Source: Rhodospirillales bacterium
Lineage (GTDB): Bacteria; Pseudomonadota; Alphaproteobacteria; Bin95
Assembly (NCBI GenBank): GCA_038143065.1
Contig: JAYQLI010000035.1
Coordinates: 224,001 to 288,000 of the forward strand
Reading direction: 5' to 3'
DNA length: 64,000 nt
This document shows, piece after piece, positions 57,861 through 64,000 of the stretch (position 1 is the first letter of the stretch; each line of letters starts with the position of its first letter). The translations under genes and the position numbers were made by a program. The notes under the pieces were generated by a model. It searched no databases. It had not been told where the DNA came from and was given only the letters and a program-made list of their open reading frames with translations.

Positions 57861-58703
57861 ATGCCAGATAATACAAAACGCGTTGCTCTCATAACCGGTT
57901 GTGGCAAAGAAAATGGGATTGGATCTGCCACTGCTAAGCGCCTTGCTGCAGACGGAGTAATTGTCGTTGTGTCTGACGCTGCTTCCAGCGGGGTGGATAA
58001 CGATAATACTGCGCAGCGACAATCGTCTGCATGGCAGGGGCTGGATACCCTTGTGCATCAGATCGAGGATGCCGGTGGTAGGGCTATAAGTATTGTTGGT
58101 GATGTTACCACTGAACAAGGCGCTAGTGGTTTGATTACAAGTGTTGTGGAGCGATATGGTCAAATCGATATTCTAATCAACAATGCTGGTGCTCCTCACG
58201 GCAAGGATAGAGGGCAGATCGAAACCATACCACTTGAGGGATGGGAGTCGGTTATGGCGGTCAATGCACGTGGGGTGTTCTTAATGATAAGGGCTGCAGT
58301 CCCACATATGAAGAATGCTGGTTATGGTCGCATAGTTTCCTTGTCATCAGTCGCTGGGTTATACGCTTTGCCGGAACGTGCCGCTTATTCTGCTTCAAAA
58401 GCTGCAGTTATAGGTATGACTCGTTCTATTGCATTCGATCTTTCCAAGTTTGGCATTACAGTTAATTGCGTTTGTCCTGGTTCTATCCGCACAGACCGAG
58501 CAATTAGTTCAACCTTGCGCGCGGGGTGGACTGATGTAGATGCAGGTCTTAAGGAGCGCGCAAAGGAAATTCCTGTAGGTCGTCATGGAATGCCAAACGA
58601 AGTTGCTGAAATGATTGCCTACTTATCATCTGAGAAAGCTGGCTTTACGACGGGACAGGCATTTGTCATCGATGGTGGAGGATTGCCTCCTAGCGCCTTT
58701 TAG
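57861..58703 (+). CDS. Short-chain dehydrogenase/reductase
   Basis: ITG....GIG, NNAG, YSASK, VNCVCPG. Confidence 0.9.
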   Translation: MPDNTKRVALITGCGKENGIGSATAKRLAADGVIVVVSDAASSGVDNDNTAQRQSSAWQGLDTLVHQIEDAGGRAISIVGDVTTEQGASGLITSVVERYGQIDILINNAGAPHGKDRGQIETIPLEGWESVMAVNARGVFLMIRAAVPHMKNAGYGRIVSLSSVAGLYALPERAAYSASKAAVIGMTRSIAFDLSKFGITVNCVCPGSIRTDRAISSTLRAGWTDVDAGLKERAKEIPVGRHGMPNEVAEMIAYLSSEKAGFTTGQAFVIDGGGLPPSAF

Positions 58704-59473
58704 GAGCTTATTTTTCTTCTTAGTGCAGCCAAACGAGCAACCACACCCCGCAAAGTTTTTGTTTCTTGTTCAGTGAGACGGGCTCGAGAAAAAATATTAT
58801 GCAGGTTTTGTTGCATAGCAGGGCGTTGGTCTGGTGATCTATAAAACGAAGCAACATCGAGTTCATTATTTAAGTGTTCAATCAGGCCCTGAACTTGAGC
58901 TTGTCGAGCTAATTGTCCATCCCCCAATACCTCTTCAACCTCAGGAGTATGATCTCCAGTCTTTAAAAATTCCCATGCTATCAAAAGTACAGTCTGTCAG
59001 AAATTGAATGATCTGTAGGCTGTGTTTTATGGCGCAGTTATGATTCCTTGCTCCTGCATGACATCATGATTGGAGAGTCCTGATCGTTCTCGGCCGAACA
59101 AGATACCAACTTTACGATTTTGTTGTATTGCTTGATGTATTTCTTTAGCAGCCCCAGTTGGGGTGTACACCGGTTTTACCATGTCGCGAGCTCTTGCTGT
59201 CGTTGCAAAAACGAGATGTAAATCAGCAACAGACTCTCTTGTATTTCGGTACACTTGCGCTTTTTCAACAACAGAGTCAGCTCCAGCAGACGCTGATACG
59301 GCCTTTGGATTTGGCCAGCCATCTCTAGGACGGACAAGACGAAGCTCGGTCAAGCCACAGTTTAACATTGCACGAGCAGCAGCGCCGATGTTTTCACCTA
59401 GTTGTGGCTCCACAAGGATTATAGCCGGAGCTTTGGAGAGGTGGGGCTCTGTTGATGGATCGCTGCTAGACAT
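58700..59473 (-). CDS. trmJ: SPOUT RNA methyltransferase TrmJ/LasT family (indels near 59000-59030)
   Basis: LVEPQLGENIGAAARAMLN, ATTAR, FGRERSGL. Confidence 0.85.
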
Positions 59474-59477
59474 GACT

Positions 59478-61076
59478 TCAAGATAGAGGCTTAGAGCCAG
59501 TTTTCATTAGTTTATATATGATACCATCTGTAAGTGCTTCATAACTGGCCGAAATAATATCGCCAGATAGGCCTACCGTGGTCCATCTATTGCCTTCTTG
59601 ATCTGAGCTTTCCAGCATAACGCGGGTCACAGCTGCTGTGCCATCGCCAGAATTTAAAATACGAACTCGATAATCTGTTAGTCGAACTTCATTAACTATG
59701 GGGTAGAATGGAGATAGAGCTTTCCGCAGTGCATGGTCTAGCGCGTTTACGGGTCCATTACCTTCGGCTACCTGAAGTGACCGATCCGATCCAACAGAAA
59801 CCTTAACAGTGGCTTCGGAAAGCACAGGCTTTTGGCTCCCTGAATCAAATCTATGTTCATCGAGTACTCTGAAGGTTTCAATTGCAAAATAATTCGGTAA
59901 ACCTTCTGTTAATTGCCTGGCTAAAAGTTCGAAGCTGGCTTCTGCCCCATCATACGAATACCCCTGATACTCTCGGTCTTTAACAGCGTCTACAATGCTA
60001 AGTACGCGAGGGTCTTTAGCATCGATCTGAATTCCTAACTCGCGAAAACGAGAAATGACATTTGCGCGGCCAGCCTGATCTGAAACCAGAATAAGTCGAG
60101 AATTTCCGACTGTATGAGGTTCTATGTGTTCGTAGAGATTAGGGTCCTTTTCTACCGCTGAAACGTGTAGGCCAGCTTTGTGGGCGAAAGCAGATGCTCC
60201 TACATAGGCCGCATGCCTATTAGGAGCTCGGTTAAGACGTTCATCAAGCATGCGACTTACTTCTGGCAATCGCTTTAAAGCGTCCTCAGATATGCCAACG
60301 TCGTAACCTAATTTTAACATCAGAGAAGGTATAAGAGATATTAGATTTGCGTTACCACAACGCTCTCCAAGACCATTGAGTGTTCCTTGGACTTGACGAG
60401 CGCCTGCTTGAATTGCAGCGATGGAGTTTGCAACAGCATTTTCTGTGTCATTGTGGGTATGGATACCTATTCGGTCTCCGGGAAGGGTGCTGCAAACAGT
60501 TTTAACAATATCAAAAACTTCATGTGGAAGGGTTCCACCGTTTGTATCGCATAAAACTATCCAGCGGGCTCCTGCATTCAGAGCTGCACTAATGGATTGT
60601 AGTGCATACTCTGGATTAGCCTTGTAGCCATCAAAGAAATGTTCGGCGTCAAAAATTGTTTCACGACCACGGTTTACGCATTCCGATACGCTTTCCGAAA
60701 TCATTCGAAGATTTTCTTCGAGATCTACACCCAGAGCAGTAGTTGCGTGAGCGTCATGTGTTTTTCCTACCAAACAAACAACTGGTGTATTGGCTGATAA
60801 CACAGCAGTGAGACTGGGATCATTAGCAGCACTACGCCCCGAGCGACGCGTCATTCCAAATGCAGTTAGCTTTGAGGTTTTTAGTTCATGTTTTTGTTGG
60901 AAAAAATCATCATCTCTGGGGTTTGCTCCTGGCCAGCCTCCCTCAATGTAATCTATACCGATACTATCCAAAGCATTGGCTATTGCTGCCTTATCGGCCG
61001 CACTAAAATCCACACCGTGAGTTTGTGCGCCATCACGAAGAGTTGTGTCGTATAGGTATATTCTTTCACTTGGCAT
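59478..61076 (-). CDS. cimA: Citramalate synthase
   Basis: DTTLRDGAQ, EGGWPGANP, DAEHFFDG, HTHND, GERCGNAN, AHKAGLH, GPVNALD. Confidence 0.9.
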   Translation of the reverse strand: MPSERIYLYDTTLRDGAQTHGVDFSAADKAAIANALDSIGIDYIEGGWPGANPRDDDFFQQKHELKTSKLTAFGMTRRSGRSAANDPSLTAVLSANTPVVCLVGKTHDAHATTALGVDLEENLRMISESVSECVNRGRETIFDAEHFFDGYKANPEYALQSISAALNAGARWIVLCDTNGGTLPHEVFDIVKTVCSTLPGDRIGIHTHNDTENAVANSIAAIQAGARQVQGTLNGLGERCGNANLISLIPSLMLKLGYDVGISEDALKRLPEVSRMLDERLNRAPNRHAAYVGASAFAHKAGLHVSAVEKDPNLYEHIEPHTVGNSRLILVSDQAGRANVISRFRELGIQIDAKDPRVLSIVDAVKDREYQGYSYDGAEASFELLARQLTEGLPNYFAIETFRVLDEHRFDSGSQKPVLSEATVKVSVGSDRSLQVAEGNGPVNALDHALRKALSPFYPIVNEVRLTDYRVRILNSGDGTAAVTRVMLESSDQEGNRWTTVGLSGDIISASYEALTDGIIYKLMKTGSKPLS

Positions 61077-61097
61077 TCATTAAGTTTCCCAAATGCG

Positions 61098-61130
61098 AAG
61101 CGGGGGCGATTAGGTATCGCCCCCGCTTTT
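61098..61130. terminator. Intrinsic terminator-like hairpin downstream of gltA
   Basis: Perfect 13-bp inverted repeat AAGCGGGGGCGAT-TAGGT-ATCGCCCCCGCTT. Confidence 0.7.
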
Positions 61131-61158
61131 ATCTACAAAGCCACGATTATTCTGGATT

Positions 61159-62463
61159 TTAGCGTTGCGCTAGACTCACATAGTCACGAGCAGTAACCCC
61201 GGTATATAGCTGACGTGGCCGGTTAATTTTCTGCTCTGGATCAGTAATTAACTCGTTCCATTGTGAAACCCAGCCTACCGTTCGCCCTATTGCAAAAAGG
61301 GCTGTGAACATTGAAACAGGGAAACCCATCGCTTTTAAAATGAACCCTGAATAGAAATCTACGTTTGGATATAAACGACGTTTCACAAAATATTCATCTT
61401 CTAACGCAATCCGTTCTAGCTCTACAGCAACCTCGAGAAGAGGATCATGGATCCCCAAGGTGTCAAGGACATCGTGAGCTGCTTTGCTGATAACTGTCGC
61501 ACGAGGGTCAAAGTTTTTATAAACGCGGTGCCCAAACCCAAATAGGCGGAATGGATCGTCCGGATCTTTGGCTTTTTTAACCATATCGGCAACTTTATCT
61601 TTGGTGCCAATCTCTTCAAGCATGTTTAACACTTGTTCATTGGCTCCACCGTGGCTAGGACCCCATAAGGCGGCAATTCCTGCTGAAATACATGCATAAG
61701 GATTTGCGCCGGTAGAACCTGCAAGTCGTACTGTCGAGGCAGAAGCATTTTGTTCGTGATCGGCATGCAGTGTGAAAATGGTATCCAATGCTTTGGCTAC
61801 CACCGGGTCTACTTTGTATTCCTCACACGGCGTTGAAAAACACATATGCAAGAAATTTTCAGCATATCCCATGTTGTTTTGCGGATATATAAATGGCTGA
61901 CCAACAGTATATTTGTAAGCCATTGCTGCAATCGTTGGCATTTTTGCGATCAAACGATATTGGGAAACTGTCCGTTGCCAGGGGTCATTAATGTCCAAAC
62001 TATCATGATAAAATGCAGCTAATCCTCCAACGACACCGCACATCACTGCCATAGGGTGGGCATCTCGGCGGAACCCGCGGAAGAAATTCGTTATTTGATC
62101 GTGCACCATGGTGTGATGGGAAACGTCGTAAACAAACTTGTCGTATTGAGCTTTGGAGGGAAGCTCACCAAACAGAAGCAAATAACACACTTCCATATAG
62201 TCGCTTTGGTTCGCAAGTTGTTCGATTGGATAACCGCGATACAACAAAATACCTTCATCGCCGTCTATGTACGTGACCTCTGACTTACAACTCCCTGTCG
62301 CGGTGTAACCAGGGTCATATGTGAATACGCCCATCTCTTTATAAAGGCTACGGATGTCCATAACAGGCACGCCAGCCGTGCCATTGATGATAGGAAAGCT
62401 TGCGGTTTTTCCTGACTCATCGTCTTTCATGGTTATTGTGCGGTTTGAGCCTTTATCGGTCAT
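61159..62463 (-). CDS. gltA: Citrate synthase (type II)
   Basis: [38 protein letters not shown]. Confidence 0.97.
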   Translation of the reverse strand: MTDKGSNRTITMKDDESGKTASFPIINGTAGVPVMDIRSLYKEMGVFTYDPGYTATGSCKSEVTYIDGDEGILLYRGYPIEQLANQSDYMEVCYLLLFGELPSKAQYDKFVYDVSHHTMVHDQITNFFRGFRRDAHPMAVMCGVVGGLAAFYHDSLDINDPWQRTVSQYRLIAKMPTIAAMAYKYTVGQPFIYPQNNMGYAENFLHMCFSTPCEEYKVDPVVAKALDTIFTLHADHEQNASASTVRLAGSTGANPYACISAGIAALWGPSHGGANEQVLNMLEEIGTKDKVADMVKKAKDPDDPFRLFGFGHRVYKNFDPRATVISKAAHDVLDTLGIHDPLLEVAVELERIALEDEYFVKRRLYPNVDFYSGFILKAMGFPVSMFTALFAIGRTVGWVSQWNELITDPEQKINRPRQLYTGVTARDYVSLAQR

Positions 62464-62564
62464 TCTAAGTCGCCCCCATTAGGCGCAGCGGCATTGGCCG
62501 CGTTTCGTTCAATTTCATGGTGTCAATGTACTATTCATGCGCTCGCTGTGCAATCGAAACAGCA

Positions 62565-63974
62565 TTACGGTAATAAATTTTCGATACGCAAAAGAGTTTC
62601 GTCCTTACCTAACAAAGCTGCAACTTCAAACAAGCTGGGTGAAGCATCCAATCCAGTAAGAGCTGCACGTAGAGGTTGAGCTAAGTTCCCAAGTTTAAGA
62701 CCTTCTACTTCAGCCGTTGACCGAAGCATATTTTCAACATTGGATGCGTTCCAATCTTGTGCCTCGATCGTTTTTAGAGATCCTAGGGTCTTCGATAGTG
62801 AAGCCAAGGCTTCTTGGGTTGAAAGTATTTTTTCGGCTTTTTCACTTTTAATTGTTGGCGGCCCGGACAGGTAAATTTGAGCCATTTCGGACAGATCAAC
62901 TAAGGTTTTTGTGCGAGATTTTAGACTTTCTAATCCATCTTTGATACGTGTTTTTTCAATATCACTTAACACTCTACGTGTTTCACTTTCGAGCCTTTGA
63001 ATTACAGGTAAACACAGGTCTTCTGAGGATGTTTCTCTAAGATATTGTGAGTTAACACTTTCTAGCTTTGTTAGGTCAAAGCGGGCTGCAGCACGGTTTA
63101 CTGATGATAAGTCATAAAGAGAAATTGCTTCCTCTGTAGAAAAAATTTCCTGATCACCATGGCTCCAACCTAACCGAAGTAAGTAGTTGCGCACTGCTGC
63201 AGGTAGTAAGCCCATATCTCTGTAGGCATCCACTCCCAGGGCACCATGGCGCTTAGAGAGCTTTGATCCATCTGCTCCGTGTATTAGGGGAATGTGTGCA
63301 AACTCGGGGAGTGACCAATTCAAGGCATTAAAAACTTGGGCTTGCCGAAATGCGTTGTTGAGGTGATCGTCACCACGAATTACGTGAGTAATACCCATAT
63401 CATGGTCATCCACCACAACAGCCAACATATAGGTTGGTGTGCCGTCTGCACGAAGCAAGACCATATCATCTAACTCTTTATTTGCGACTCTTACCTCACT
63501 TTGAACTTTATCGACGATGACTGTTTCACCAGTTTGGGGAGCTTTTAAGCGGATTGCTGGTTCTATTCCCTTTGGGGCATCTCCCGGATCTCTATCTCGC
63601 CATCTACCGTCATAACGAAAGCGTTTTCCTTCAGCAGATGCGGCATCTCGCATGGCTTGAAGCTCTTCTGTTGTCGCGTAGCATTTGTAAGCATGCCCAG
63701 ATTCCAACATCATCTCGACAACCTCGCGATGTCGTTCGCTTCGCGAATATTGATAGATTGGATCTCCATCCCACTCTAGTTCAAGCCATTTCAAGCCTTC
63801 CAATATTGCTGTTATAGCCGGCTCTGTAGATCGTTTGCGATCCGTATCTTCAATTCGGAGTTTGAATTGTCCTCCAAAGTGGCGCGCAAATAACCAATTA
63901 AAGAGAGCCGTCCTAGCGCCACCTATATGCAAAAAACCAGTTGGTGAAGGGGCGAAACGGGTGACGATTGTCAT
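62565..63974 (-). CDS. gltX: Glutamate--tRNA ligase
   Basis: [31 protein letters not shown]. Confidence 0.97.
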   Translation of the reverse strand: MTIVTRFAPSPTGFLHIGGARTALFNWLFARHFGGQFKLRIEDTDRKRSTEPAITAILEGLKWLELEWDGDPIYQYSRSERHREVVEMMLESGHAYKCYATTEELQAMRDAASAEGKRFRYDGRWRDRDPGDAPKGIEPAIRLKAPQTGETVIVDKVQSEVRVANKELDDMVLLRADGTPTYMLAVVVDDHDMGITHVIRGDDHLNNAFRQAQVFNALNWSLPEFAHIPLIHGADGSKLSKRHGALGVDAYRDMGLLPAAVRNYLLRLGWSHGDQEIFSTEEAISLYDLSSVNRAAARFDLTKLESVNSQYLRETSSEDLCLPVIQRLESETRRVLSDIEKTRIKDGLESLKSRTKTLVDLSEMAQIYLSGPPTIKSEKAEKILSTQEALASLSKTLGSLKTIEAQDWNASNVENMLRSTAEVEGLKLGNLAQPLRAALTGLDASPSLFEVAALLGKDETLLRIENLLP

Positions 63975-64000
63975 AGCGCTACGGCTCCATTTTACATTTT

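Noticed and set aside
13140-59473. Split ORFs in serA, serC, hbd, coq7, gor, DAHP synthase, trmJ and others as pseudogenes or programmed frameshifts
   Set aside because: Breaks are single-base indels, often in homopolymers, affect core genes and even tRNAs, and come without in-frame nonsense codons; typical of long-read consensus error

Overview
64 kb of an alphaproteobacterial chromosome (gltX-gltA, gor-class II DAHP synthase-nadE, coq7, MmgR/SuhB sRNA beside the N-formylglutamate amidohydrolase gene; a marine origin is plausible but unproven). The sequence looks like an unpolished long-read consensus: many genes, including essential ones, are split by single-base indels, so I joined ORF fragments into genes. 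Left ~1.3-11.7 kb is an accessory region downstream of tRNA-Thr(GGT)/tRNA-Ser(GGA): a scattered pseudaminic-acid cluster (pseB, pseC, pseF, pseI, a formyltransferase, a GNAT-like gene, a GT-B-like surface carbohydrate protein; no clear pseG) plus a sugar dehydrogenase-cytochrome c fusion and a TauD dioxygenase. The rest is core and catabolic metabolism: serA/serC, hbd-etfAB, panC, a 3-sulfinopropionyl-CoA desulfinase-like enzyme, three paralogous MFS with PhyH/SnoaL genes, PHB-mobilisation genes, a Cys-less thiolase/DUF35 pair and NAD/TCA genes. The best signal hidden from the ORF track is a 359-aa AhpD-like selenoprotein candidate (38233-39312, minus) with an in-frame UGA in a C-x-x-U motif followed by a SECIS-like hairpin. 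No integrase, transposase, CRISPR or rRNA was seen. All family assignments come from motif reading and recall, not database searches.
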